This document shows positions 1 through 12,640 of a DNA stretch of 64,000 bases, one piece after another. The notes below the pieces were generated by a model. The model did no database searches. It saw nothing but the letters and a program-made list of their open reading frames with translations, and had not been told where the DNA came from. Origin of the DNA: Eledone cirrhosa (lineage: Eukaryota); NCBI GenBank assembly GCA_964016885.1, contig OZ024740.1, positions 172,546,001 to 172,610,000 on the forward strand, read 5' to 3'. Numbering within the stretch: the first letter of the stretch is position 1; each line of letters begins with the position of its first letter. The position numbers were made by a program, and so were the translations under genes.

Positions 1-131
1 GTACTTTATTTTATCGACCCGTAAGGATGAAAGGCGAAGTCAACCTCGGCGGGATTTGAACTCAGATCGTAAAGGGACGTAACTATGCTGGAAAGCATGG
101 CGTCCGACCCTCTACCGATACTGCCAATCCA
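1..131 (-). mobile_element. tRNA-derived SINE (family S1, Meta-core-like), cut by the window edge
   Basis: Reverse complement has an A-box-like TGGCAGTATCGGTAGA, a B-box GAGTTCAAATCCCGCC and the core GCCTTTCATCCTTACGGG(G)TCGATAAAATAAAGTAC. The same sequence recurs many times in the window. Confidence 0.85.
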
Positions 132-655
132 AGTCAATATAATAAATGAAAATAATAGTTGAATTAATCGGCAAACAAAAAATGCGGGGTTCTATTTCCC
201 GCAAGCGTCTTTTCTACTTTTTTCCGTCTCCATGTGTACTTTACTCGATTTATCAAATTATTATTTATATTTAGCAACTATCATTATAGTCATCTGCATT
301 GTGGCGACTATATTTCCAAGTCACCGTGAAGTATGAATGCTTGGATTCATGTGACTCTAATTTCGTTGGTGGCTGCAACATTCAGTAAGTAATCAAATGA
401 CCTTCTTTCTAAGCCAACACAGGCCACGTGCATTTATACAAGACATTAACAGTGTCGACATGTTAAATAGATATAAACCTAAACCTCACCGCTTATCTTG
501 TTCCACGAAAACAGGTAATCCGTTGTTATTTTCGTTCCACTGAAAGGCCACGCCATAATTCTTTTGTCCACCTTATTGTGAGATTCCATGTAATATGGGA
601 ATCTTACTTTTTCGGTAGGCGTTTGAACAGGTTATAAAAATGTTTTTATTAGGTA

Positions 656-1252
656 CTAGCAGTGGTACCCGGGGGTTACACGGGATAAGATATTGTAAAA
701 TATATAACCGCCTTAGCTAAGCTTAGTATTGCCACAACCACGGCTGGCAAAGAAGTAAGGGTCTGGTGGTACGTAAGTAAGCAACACTGTGGCTTAAAAC
801 ATGAGGAAGAAGTTGTGTGCTCTTACCAACTGTTTGGGGAATGAGTGTGAGATTTGTCGTGAGCAAGGGTGGCAAAATAACCGGAGGCAGCAGACAGCCA
901 GACATACAAACAAATATTATAAGGGCGCGTTCTAGACGCAGAGCGAATTGTAGGAAGTGACGTAATGCAGACAGCCAGACATACAGACAGATATTATAAG
1001 GGCGCGACGTTATATCTATGTATCTATCTAAAAAGAGAAAGACTAAGAATTATAGAGAAAGATCGCTAAATCGCCTAATGCGGTCCCTAGGGCATTGCAA
1101 ATTTGAATTTTTTTTTGCTCAGAATACTCTCTGCAACATAAGTATTACATGTGTAAAGTTTGAAAACAGTCGGTTGGGTGCTTCTCTAGCTTTAGGGATT
1201 CAAACTCACACACACACACACAGACATACATACTCAGTTTTATATATATAGA
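656..1252 (-). mobile_element. Non-autonomous Helitron (family H1)
   Basis: Minus strand starts TCTATATATATAAAAC and ends with a CCCG..CGGG hairpin followed by ACCACTGCTAG. It has internal (GACA)n-like motifs. A near-identical copy lies at 16358-16947. Confidence 0.8.
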
Positions 1253-1757
1253 CTAGCAGAAAACCACCCGGTCGGCGGTTTTCTGCTAGCAAATCAAGTG
1301 TATATACTCATATTGTTGAGATTTGGATGAGAAATGTTTTCGGCACCACATGTTCACCGTCTCTCGGTGTGGCTTTTATGCATGTATAAATATATATGTT
1401 ATCTATACGGTGAAATCTTTAAAATAAATATATGTTAAAACGAAAAAGGAGAAAAAGAGATTAGTGACGGAAATATAAACGTTATGATACATAAACGTTA
1501 TGATATAACGATGGAAATATATCTTCAAATGGTCCTTGACATGGTGTCAAGTCAGAACCGCCTCGAACTGGTTACTTCTGGCTTGTGCAAGGTGTCTCTA
1601 TAGCAACCAGCGATTCCCTCGGCCTCAGTGACCAAAGTCAGTGGAGAGGGTAAGGTAATGTTTCTATAGCGACAGTGTTTCTCTTGGTAGTACCAAAGTG
1701 GAGAAAGGAAGGGGAAGGTAATATTTCTGTAGCACCTACATTTGAGTTTTAGGGAAG

Positions 1758-1789
<32 letters not shown>

Positions 1790-1835
1790 TAGAAATGCCC
1801 ATATATTTCTGTGTGTGTGTATATATATATATATA
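1253..1835 (-). mobile_element. Second non-autonomous Helitron-like element abutting H1
   Basis: Begins on + with CTAG in the palindrome CTAGCAGAAAACC..GGTTTTCTGCTAG. It has (GACA)n near the other end and runs into (TA)n. The distal boundary is uncertain. Confidence 0.55.
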
Positions 1836-1871
1836 TTACACACACAGAAATGTATATATATTTCTGTGTTT

Positions 1872-2290
<419 letters not shown>

Positions 2291-2595
2291 GACGAAAGTC
2301 GATCGTTTTTTCTATATATATATATTACACACACAGAAATGTATATATATTTCTGTGTGTATATATATATATTTCTGTGTGTGTATATATATATATATTA
2401 CACACACAGAAATGTATATATATTTCTGTGTGTATATATATATATTACACACACAGAAATGTATATATATTTCTTAGAACAAAATTATTATTAATGTTTT
2501 GCTGTTCATAACAATTGGAATTGAAAAATTACTTTTGAAATTATTAGTTATTTTACTAATGCTTAGATATGTAAAAATGAAGCAATGTTTCTAAT

Positions 2596-2750
2596 AATTA
2601 TTTCTACTTTTGGCACAAGGCCAGCAATTACCCAGTACATTACTGGTACTTTATTTTATCGACCCCGTGAAGATGAAAGGCAAAGTTAACCTCGGCGGTA
2701 CTCCATGCTATGAAGCATGGTGTCCGACTCTCTACAGATTCTGCCAATCC
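2596..2750 (-). mobile_element. SINE S1 copy with internal deletion
   Basis: Matches the S1 tail (TTCTACTTTTGGCACAAGGCCAGCAATT), core and head, but lacks the B-box segment. Confidence 0.8.
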
Positions 2751-3499
2751 TAATGTCTGTACGTAATGAGGGAGTGAGAGAGGAGAGAAAGAAAGGCAGA
2801 GGTGAAGTGACGAAGTGACTCTCTCCTCCTCCTCCTCCATCTCCCCATTGGTCACAGCGATAGAGGGGAGGAATGTTAGCGTGTTACAAAGAGAAAGAGT
2901 GAGAGTGAGAGAAACAGACAGACTAAAAGAGAGGGATAGCTGGAGAGAGAGAGATAGCAACCACGCGCGCACGTGTTTCCACTGTCGGACAGACAGACAG
3001 AGAAATTGCTGGTTATATATTATAAGGAGATATCACGTAATTCTTTTCTTTTTTTATATATACTCCCCCAACTTACTGTTTTCCTTCCGTAGTCAGAGAA
3101 GACATCTCCAAATTTTCAATGAATTCAAACTAATAAGACCGTGTTCCGGAGCGTCTGTTTGATCAAACATAGAAAACTCAGACTACCTCCCCATTGCATT
3201 CCCCTCATTTTATTTTTAATTGTTTTAATTAATTTATATTTCGGAGATCTCCTTTTTCTTTGTTTAGATCAAAATTATTCATTAAGCTAATGATTTATTT
3301 TTCACTTTACTAAAGGTGTAATTTCAATTAAGTAAAATATTTTGACACAATATGTTAAATATCTTATCAAGCATCTAAATAATTTTTCGTGCCGAAGGCG
3401 TCTCTGGGTAATTTCTGCCATAATCATTCTTTTTCTTAACAAAATCTAACGACAATACTTTGGACGGTGTTTCCATCCTTGTAATTAACTGGTCAATCA

Positions 3500-4870
3500 A
3501 ATAAGTAAACTAAAAAGTTCCTGTCGAATGAATGCAGATCAATGAGTTAGGAAGTTGCTGTCGAAGGAAAAAAATCAGTAAGTTTAGAAGTTGCTGCTAT
3601 CAAACGGAAGAAAGTTAAAAGTTGCCGCTGAACAAAAGAAATTCGGTTCGCTAAGAAGTTGCTGTTGGACAAAAGAGAATCAATAAATTTAGAAGTTGTT
3701 AAACGAAAGCAAATCCGTAAACTAAAATGTTGCTGGAAGATGAAAAAGAATCCATAAACTAAAAGGTTGCTGGAAGATGAAAGCAAACCGTAAACTAAAA
3801 TGTTGCTGGAAGATGAAAGCGAATCCATAAACTAAAAGGTTGCTGGAGGCTGAAAACATTCTTAAGCTACAAATTTGCTGGCGTAGAAAAACAAATCGGT
3901 AAGCTAAAATGTTGCCGAAGGATGAAAACAAATCCTCAAGCTAAAAAGTTGTTGGACTATGAAAACGAATGGGTAAGCTAAAAGGGAGGCTGATGGATGA
4001 CAGCATATCGTTAAGTTTAAAAAGTTTCTGGCTAATGAAAGTATATCAGTAAGTTAAGAAGTTGCTGGCAAATGAAAATAAATCCGTAAGCCAGAAAGTT
4101 GCTATTGAGTGACAGCAAATCGCTAAGCTAAAGAAATTTGCTGACAAATGAAAGTAAATCAGTAAGTTATAAAAGTTATTGGCAAATGGAATCAAATCGG
4201 TAAACTAAAAGGTTGTTTGAAAATGAAAACAAATCGGTAAACTAAATTGTTGATTGAAAAAAAAAGCATATCCGTAGGCTAAAATGTTGCTAGTGTATGA
4301 AAGGAAATGAACATCAGGGGCGGTGGAAGCTTTTCTGAATTGGGAGGATGGGGTAAATTTAGTCAATTTAGTTGTCGTGATTAGTTTAGCTGTTTCGCAG
4401 TATCAATAAAGGGTCGGACGCCATGCTTTTCAGCATAGAGTTACGTCCCTTCACGGTCTGAGTTCAAATCCTGCCGAGGTTAACTTTGCCTTTCATCCTT
4501 ACGGGGTCGATAACATAAAGTACCAGTAATGCACTGGAATAATTGCTGGCCTTGTGTCAAAAATAGAAACAATTATTAGATATCAACTAAGATATCAAAA
4601 AACTTCGATATGCGATAAATACATGCATATACAAATAGATGTGTATTTTGGTAGTTTAGGGAGGAAAATATAATTATGGGGCGGGGAGGGGGGGTATGGA
4701 CCCTCTTGTCCGCCCAGTTCCACCACCCCTGAACATGTACCAGTAAGTTAAGAAGTTGCTGGAAATGAAAGCAAATCGGTAAGCGAAATATTGCTGACAA
4801 ATGAAAGTAATCAGTAAACTAAGAAATTGCTGGCGGATGAAAACAAATTGGTAAGATAAGAAGTTGCTGT
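3500..4870. repeat. Degenerate 37-bp minisatellite array interrupted by a MITE
   Basis: Unit is approximately TAAACTAAAA(T/G)GTTGCTGGAAGATGAAAGCAAATC(C/G)(A/G). Starts at 3718 and 3755 are 37 bp apart. The array resumes after 4740. Confidence 0.9.
4315..4731. mobile_element. MITE with nested S1 SINE
   Basis: TIRs CAGGGGCGGTGGAA / TTCCACCACCCCTG, with direct repeat AACAT on both sides (4310-4314, 4732-4736). An S1 SINE sits inside at about 4390-4578 (+). Confidence 0.7.
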
Positions 4871-5033
4871 TAATCCCGATGTCTAGAGAAATGCAAAACC
4901 TGACTAGAATTACAGGAAATTATGTCTATAATGAAGTTTTGTTTCTTTCTCTGATAACTGAGGAAAGAGGGGAGCATCTAGGTGGACGTTTAAGCAATGG
5001 AAATAAGGGTTGCAGCGTGTGTCGTTATGTAGA

Positions 5034-5309
5034 TGTAGCGATTGATTGGTTTGAGTTTGGTATTAATGTTCGTTGTTCACTTTCGTGTGGCAGATGTTGT
5101 AGTATTAATGTTGTTGGCTTGTTGGGTGATTCCGTGAATTGCTCTCTCCCATATAAATGTTGTGGGAAGTTTGTAACTTATGGCAAATAAATTGAGTGCG
5201 TGTGTGTCTCAGTGAGACGAGATGTGTGGCTGTACTCGTTGCCACAGTAGTAGATTGAAGGAAAGCTACCATTAACAATATCCGATGAACAACAAGAACA
5301 TCGCTACTA
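5034..5309 (+). mobile_element. Putative solo LTR
   Basis: Inverted termini TGTAGCGAT / ATCGCTAC(T)A, internal CATATAAA and AATAAA. No clean target-site duplication. Confidence 0.4.
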
Positions 5310-5957
5310 TAAAACTTTTTTATTAAGAAATAATTACGTCGAAGTTATTGTTGACAATGTAAGAACATAACAAAGAACCAAGTGAATTGTGTGTTATGTG
5401 TGTGTGGTTGGTTTGCGTGAATGCAGTAATAGTCAGACAAGATGCATTGAACAAACCTTTATCGAAGTGCCAACTCTGCTGAGAGGGCTGGAGTTTTTTG
5501 GCTACGCATTATAACTTTCTACTAGCCAGAGCTACTCTCAGTATGTCTGTCTTCGTCAAGAAACAAGAGCCGAATGGCTGAAGAAAGTGTTATCTTTTGA
5601 TAAACTGTAAATGACATAGTGGGATACTTTCCTCAGACATAGTGGCGACATGAACATCGAGGGAAAGTTTGAAGAGATTTCGCTACAGTCGTTCTGTCTT
5701 CTCGAAAAAGCTAACATATTTCCGTTAAACCATACTACGCCGTTTAAAAAAGACGCAATGTTCTTAGTTGGAATGCTATGAATATCCTATCTGCCAGATC
5801 AATAAATATATTCGATCAGAGCTGATCTGATTCTATAAAATAAAAAAAAACGGTGTTGGAAGATAATCGAAATTTATTATTGCGTGTATTTTTCAAACAT
5901 ACAAATCTCTTCTCCTATTTGCCACCAGTCTCTTTCCCACTTCCTCTATCACACACC

Positions 5958-5999
<42 letters not shown>

Positions 6000-6377
6000 C
6001 TTTCTTTGTTCATTTTATTTATTTTCTAATTCCTTATTTATTATCGACTTTTAATCAAAGGTAATTTTTTTTCATTCGTTTACCCTTTCCTCTCACATCT
6101 TTCTCTTTAATATATTTTATTTTGTCACCCGTTTTCTTGCTATCTCCCTCCTTTTTCCCTTTGTTTTTTCTCCAATCATTTAAGCCACGCAAATCTATTT
6201 ACCTATTTTTCTCATAAATGTTTCCTTTCATGAAAATATTCGAGCTTCGATTTACTGATGCAATAACTTTGCTATATTTTTCCTATACTTAAACAGGTGA
6301 TGCAATTATTTACAAAACTTACGAAATTTTTCCTTACTTCAAACGAGAAACAATCGTTCAATCATTCCCCCCCCCCC

Positions 6378-6413
<36 letters not shown>

Positions 6414-6419
<6 letters not shown>

Positions 6420-6575
6420 AAGAGAGAGGAACACGGATACATAACTATATGTGTTCAAATCACAAGGCACAGAAACCGCCAGGGTGAAGAAAATACTGAT
6501 TAAAATAGTATGTGTTCCCAGAACTCAATCAAAAGGATATAGTTATATATCCATGTTCGTCTCTCTTTACTGTAT
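6414..6575. repeat. Fold-back element next to (TA)n
   Basis: AGTAAAGAGAGAGGAACACGGATACATAACTATAT (about 6416-6450) is the imperfect reverse complement of ATATAGTTATATATCCATGTTCGTCTCTCTTTACT (about 6537-6571). Confidence 0.75.
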
Positions 6576-6882
6576 TATAAGGCTCAGAAAATGTTTTCCT
6601 TGAGGTATTTTGATTATAGAGGACTATCGTAAGTTTTAAACTCAATATATACTTTTGATATATATATCAGAGCACGAATCCTAATTTTTAATATAATATA
6701 TATATATATATATATTCTCCCCTGACGATAGAACAAGTTCTTCCGATATTGGTTATTCCAATGATTTGGAATGGCTGATATTGCTTCTTTTGTTCTTGAA
6801 ACCATGGTAGGGAGACGATTATATGAGTTAGACTAGCTTATATTAGTCGGTCTGACTTATACTCCCTCACCATATGTATATA

Positions 6883-6947
<65 letters not shown>

Positions 6948-7007
6948 TATTTCCTGTCAGCATGGCTTGGCAAGATATTTAGAACGGTGGTTTGAGAACT
7001 TTATTTC

Positions 7008-7042
7008 CCTCTGAAGAAGAGATATTATCTCGAAAATTAAGG
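7008..7042 (+). ncRNA. Minimal type I hammerhead-like motif
   Basis: CCT CTGAAGA A GAGAT att ATCTC GAAA AT TA AGG. It has a 3-bp stem I, a 5-bp stem II and a palindromic AATT stem III region, and lies in a short element between (TA)n tracts. Confidence 0.5.
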
Positions 7043-7203
7043 ACATTTAAATAAATCTAAGGTAAAAGACGATTTGACAACAATATCTTTTGCAATTGCA
7101 TTCTTTTTTCTATGTCCAAACCTGCATTGTTTTGGCTTTATTATACATATTCAAACGTTTATATCTCATTACACAATGCTTCAAGTGAACTATAACCTCC
7201 TCC

Positions 7204-7236
<33 letters not shown>

Positions 7237-7246
7237 TATATAAAAC

Positions 7247-7441
7247 AAAGAAAGTGTGGTAAGAAACCAGGTGGACCATAATGCACCAGAGTACTCGATA
7301 CTTAGGGTAGTAGAGTGGGTAATAGGAAAAGAGTCTGGACCCCAACGACTGAGCTGCGGCCGTTTCTACAGCTAGTCTCAAACCGTCCGGATCTAGCTGT
7401 CGAAACGGCCGGCGCTCAGCCGTCGGGGTCCTGACTAGTTT

Positions 7442-7444
<3 letters not shown>
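7247..7444 (-). mobile_element. Family B pLTR-like fold-back element with half-hammerhead
   Basis: Inverted arms at about 7324-7375 and 7393-7444. Contains GAAACGGC..GCCGTC GGGGTC and is flanked by (TA)n. Homologues lie at 26745-26871, 30161-30304 plus 31593-31650, 63597-63706 and 63824-63947. Confidence 0.75.
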
Positions 7445-7508
<64 letters not shown>

Positions 7509-9235
7509 TGGGCGTAAAGGCAGAAAAACAAAATAAGAACGGTAAAATTACTCTTTTACCCATTAGACTATCACTATGCTGGGACACCACCTTCTGTTTG
7601 TTAATCACACCAAATCTGATATTTATTTTATTGGTCTTTTTCTTTGTCCCACCATTAATTTACTGGACATAAACATAGACACAAACGGAAACAAAGACAC
7701 ACACAGACGCACGCACTCATACACACATATGCACACGTGTATAATTATATATACATACGATAGACTTTTGCCGTTTTCGCCCACAATTCCTCTCATGAGT
7801 CATTGGTCAGCCCCAGATTATAATAGTATAAGATTCTGGCCTAAGAACAACTCCATACTTATAATAGAGTGAAATATACGTAGATTTTTTTATATTCTTA
7901 GAACATTTTGTAAAAATATGAATAAATCTGCTTACACCTAGTTCCCATACCGAGACGTTTGGCGTCTCCTTTCACTCTGAGAAAATATTGTCTGCGTTTA
8001 ATCGGCGAAATTAAAGAAATTATTTTTTTCACTTTTGTAACTTCCATTAAAGCTGATTTGAGACTAAGATTCCATATCACTTCATTCTTCTTTGTCACAC
8101 AAAAAGAAAACTGAATAGGTGATCTTGTCAAAGGAAGGTGACAAAGTGATCTTTACAATTAGAGCCAGATTATGTTCTTTAGAGGCTCTAATCCCTTAAA
8201 AGATTATGGAGCCCCATCCATCCATATAAAGTCTGCAATTTACTTTTGATAACAAATTCATTTAATTCGAATAAAATGGTACCCTTCTTCTCCTCATGTC
8301 CTAAACTCGTACTTATTTTACTAAATGGTTGATCCAACCATGTTTGCAGTTAGCAGTTAGCAACGTGGTCCATCCTTTGATGCAACGCTCAATGTTTGAC
8401 AGAAATCTCTGAACAAGCAAGAAGTAACCACCGAAGTAACCGCTCGAGTTTCAACTCGTGTGATAAAGCATTTAGAGTCAACGGGGAAAGTGATCATGAG
8501 AAGGGCCTTGTTAAATTGAGCATGTGAAGAAACCAAAGAGTGGGCTGAATTGACGGTCCAATGATGTATGTGGTCTCGAAGAGTAAATTTAACCATTCCA
8601 AGTGTAAGTACCAGATACATAAGGTCGCTACTATTAATTGTACATATGCATGAATCTGTAGGGACACCGTCGTGACATACAGCATGTCTTGGGCACTTTA
8701 AACCCGGATAACCTCTCCTTTTTCCAGGCTGGAACACAATTGATTTCTTCCAGAGAAGAAAGTGATAGAAAGGAGAAATGAATATAAGATATTTAAATGA
8801 AAAATTGATTCCAGTACTGGGCTACTACAATTTTTATCCGCCTCAAAAACCAAAGTTGACCTCGGCAGGGTTGGAAATCAGAGCGCAGATAGTCGAAATA
8901 AATACCGCAAAGTATTCGTTCTTTCGATGTTTTCAATTGTTCGAGGTCATCACGGACTTTCTATGATGTATATATGTATATATGATATGATGAGAATATG
9001 GAATTGATAAAGCTGAATCCCTCCTTTAAGGAAGAATCCGGAGAATGACAAATGCCGAGTACGTAAATCGTTGTTTAACTCTACATTTAGAAGATGTTGA
9101 CCAACGTATTTTATTGTAAATCCTTAGAGACATTTATTTCCAACAATGTGATCACCCGACAGGAGGTCACACTTAGTCAGTCGCCTTATAAACACATGCA
9201 CGTCCGATTATGAACCAATGAAGGAGCCTGTACAT

Positions 9236-9438
9236 CAGCCATGTCAAACATGCGACCCGCAGGCCGCATGTAGCCCTTTACAAGTACGCCTGCAGCCCGC
9301 ACAAAGGTTTTTACAGCGTGAGTATGTTTTATCTTCGTAAAATTAGTTGTAATGTGCGCAATTAGTTGCCGTGTGTGGCCCTCAGACAACACATGTGACT
9401 CATGTGGCCCTCGGAAGACCCTCAGTTTGACATGCCTA
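9236..9438. mobile_element. hAT (Charlie-like) MITE
   Basis: TIRs CAGCCATGTCAAAC / GTTTGACATGCCTA. The 8-bp flanks CTGTACAT / CTCTACAT match at 7 of 8 positions (TSD). GGCCCGC-type subterminal motifs are present. Confidence 0.8.
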
Positions 9439-10580
9439 CTCTACATGATCGCTAGACCTGCTTGATTAATAGCCCAATATATATCCCTCAAGTTAAACTG
9501 AGACAGGGAGAAAGTTCTTTAAAAAATGAAGGAATATTGTTGATAATGCAGCACTGGATTCCTTGCACAAAGGGAAGAAGTCGATATGGTTACGGTTACA
9601 ATGTTCTTGATAATAGATCTGCTAGGTCAGAGGTGGCTTATTTTTCTTGGCACAATAACTTATCGGGGAAGGAAAATAAAATCGTGAGACATTCATGCCT
9701 TTCTCAAATACACGAGGAGGACTCAAAATTAGATGATGATGATGATGGTGGTGGTGGTGGTGGTGACGGTGATATTGATGACAACACTTAAAACGCCAAC
9801 GACGATAGTAATAATGACAGTGACGAAGATGATGATGACTGACAGCCGCTGATCTGGTAATGAACGATAATGATAGGTCTACTATAATGAATGTGACAAG
9901 GGTGACGAGTGCAAAGACGACAGTGTGTCTGTACGATCTTATGTAATCCGGACGTTGGCCAGAAGCCCAAAATATAAAGACATATAGAAAGCATGTTTGA
10001 TATAGAGAGTGGGAGTTGTGTGAGTGAGAGAGAGAAAGTGTAAAAAGGAAGAGTAAATGAAAGCAAAACAAGGCTGGGCCGGACCCAAGGCAATGTAAGT
10101 ACATTGTTTACCGCGCCCGTCAATTTAAGCTAACGCGTTTTACTATGACACAAGCTACAGTATCCAATGAAAAGCTTGTTCGTTGGCTCGTCAGTAATAG
10201 TTAACCATATATGGAAATATATCGTGTCTCCTCACTCCCACACCTCTTTCTTAGTCTGTCATTATTGCCGTCACCCCCTCATGTTGTTTAGTTTCCATTT
10301 CACCGTCTTCCTCCTTTGTATTTCACCTTAGTCAGTCAGTCACTCGCTATATTTCACAGTCTCTTGTTTTCACAGACACGCGCGCGCGCACACACACACA
10401 CACGCACTTTCACTTTATCGCTTGCTCTCTGTTACTCTTACTTACGCTTTTTCTTCTCTCTTTCTTTCTCTTTCTTCACTTTCACCTTTTCTTATCAAAC
10501 ACCATTGTCCATACTTTCTTTTACTTTTTCTTTCACTCTCTCTTCTCTGTAGATTATTTGCTTTCCCGTCACTCGCTCTC

Positions 10581-10653
<73 letters not shown>

Positions 10654-12198
10654 TATGATCCTCTCACTCTCTTTCTATTAAGCTATCTTTCTCCCTACCT
10701 CAGTTGTATAGTACAACTGACTTCCCACACCCCGTCTCCCACCCCCGTTGTTTATATGTAATCATTTCATTTCCGGTACCTATCCTCACCCCTTCCTTTC
10801 TTTCATTTATATTTCTTCATCCTCATTCTCGTCATCAACTTCTTCCCCAGCTTTTACTTCTCCTCCTTTCTTCCTTTCTTCCATCAACATTTTCTTTTTG
10901 TCTTTATCTCATTCTCTTTATCTCCCGCGGCGGCAAAACTACAGTTTTACGCTAGCGCGTTGGCTGCGTTGGCTGGTGTATGTTGTGAGGCGGAAATTAT
11001 AGTAGAAAAACAAAATCGTGCCTGATTCATTCATAAAAATCCCACACATACACACACATGGAAGTGAATACACACAAACACATAGATCACATTGCAAAAA
11101 TATCACAACTTGTGCTGTAACATTTGCGCTGTCATTACGTACATAGACAGACGCCTTTTTCTTTTTAATGAGCAAATTCTTAAAATTAGTGTTTATCATT
11201 TTTACTGAAAAGTGGTTGGTGGATGGGTGGGTGTTGGCTACGGACATCGATGTGAACAGGTGTGTGTGCTGCATGTGTGTGGGAAGAATAGGGTGGGAAC
11301 GAGTCTGGTGATGTTAAATTTAGAGTCGGTCTGTGGGGACATAATGGAAGAAACAGTTGAAATACACGGGGTGAGAAAGAATGGGAATGTGATGAAATTG
11401 TCAATAGTACTGAGAGTGAAAGATAATAGCGTAATCAAAAACTGTTTGTAGGCATAACTAAAACACCATACAATTGTTTGTCTTTATTTAACGCTCCTTA
11501 AAACATAATGTATGTATATTATATATCCATCCCTATGAGTGCACATTAGTAAGTATATATATATATCTTGGTATGTTTATATACATTTTTTTCTTCTAAC
11601 TCTAATTTTATACCTAATTGTGTATGGTTGACGATATATTTAATCGATTTCCACGTGCTATTGAAATGCTGGGTAAATATCCTATAGCTGTTGATCGCGA
11701 ATAGATGGCTGTCGTTTATTTATCTATTATGTCTTCATAGGTGCCTTTTAATCTTATAACCTGGTTTAATTGGTTTTTTGTGTGGTTGATCATGCTGATT
11801 GAGAGAGGAGATGGTGTATATATCCTATCAAATGATTCTATGGACGTACTTTCTTGTATATTGCTCTGATTGTTGATTATTTAATTAATTAATTAAGTTG
11901 TATATAATATATATATAAGTTTAGGTGGTGCAAATATGTATATGTTTAAGTGTGATACAATATGTATTGACTTAAATGGTATATTATATGATCATATGTA
12001 TAGGTTTGGTATACAATATGCATTTATTTAGATGATGTATTATATGATTATATAAATAGATTTGATATATACAACATGCTTTGATTTAGCTAGTAATTAT
12101 ATGATTATATGTATAGTTTTGGTATACAATATGTATGGGCTTAAATTGAATACAATATAAATAGGTTTGCTATATAATACATATAGGTGTACGTTGTA

Positions 12199-12261
<63 letters not shown>

Positions 12262-12262
<1 letters not shown>

Positions 12263-12640
12263 TCTTTAGGTCGTTTTGGAAGCGTCAACAATGCTGATGG
12301 GTAATTCTCCGGGTAACAAGATCCGGTGGTGAAGAGAGAGATGTAAGTGAATGTAGAATGAGATGTATAGTGTGTACAAGAACGTAAGAAAGAGCGTAAA
12401 CAATAAAAATAATAACACGAGATAGAGTTACCTTGAGAGAGATTTAATTGTCCCTATATTTCGGAATCACATCCATCAACTGGGGGGTTTTCGGGAGGGG
12501 GGGGGGGGATCTCTTGGATAGGAGCGATACGTGTCCTCCGCTGTTCGTTGTTTTGAATATCTGAGGTATTCAGCACAGCGCGGGCGGGCGTGAAATGGAG
12601 TCGGTCAAGCAGAGGTCGGCGGCCGAAATAGTTCTTTTAA
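12262..12640 (-). mobile_element. Inverted Penelope pLTR-like segment with decayed hammerhead
   Basis: Minus strand 12452-12486 reads CCC CAGTTGA T GGA tgtgat TCC GAAA TA TA GGG (two core mismatches). It lies between (TA)n and the GIY-YIG fragment, in the opposite orientation. Confidence 0.5.

Noticed and set aside
723-905. Duplicated short ORF (also 16323-16604)
   Set aside because: It lies within the non-autonomous Helitron copies, and the frame is not conserved between them.
3500-4870. Regularly spaced ~37-bp repeats resembling a CRISPR array
   Set aside because: The units are contiguous and degenerate with no unique spacers and no cas genes, in eukaryotic context.
11640-11880. Possible decayed PLE end and hammerhead on the minus strand (CCTA TGAAGA..AATAGAT/ATCTATT..AACAGCTA TAGG)
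   Set aside because: There are too many core mismatches to support it by eye.
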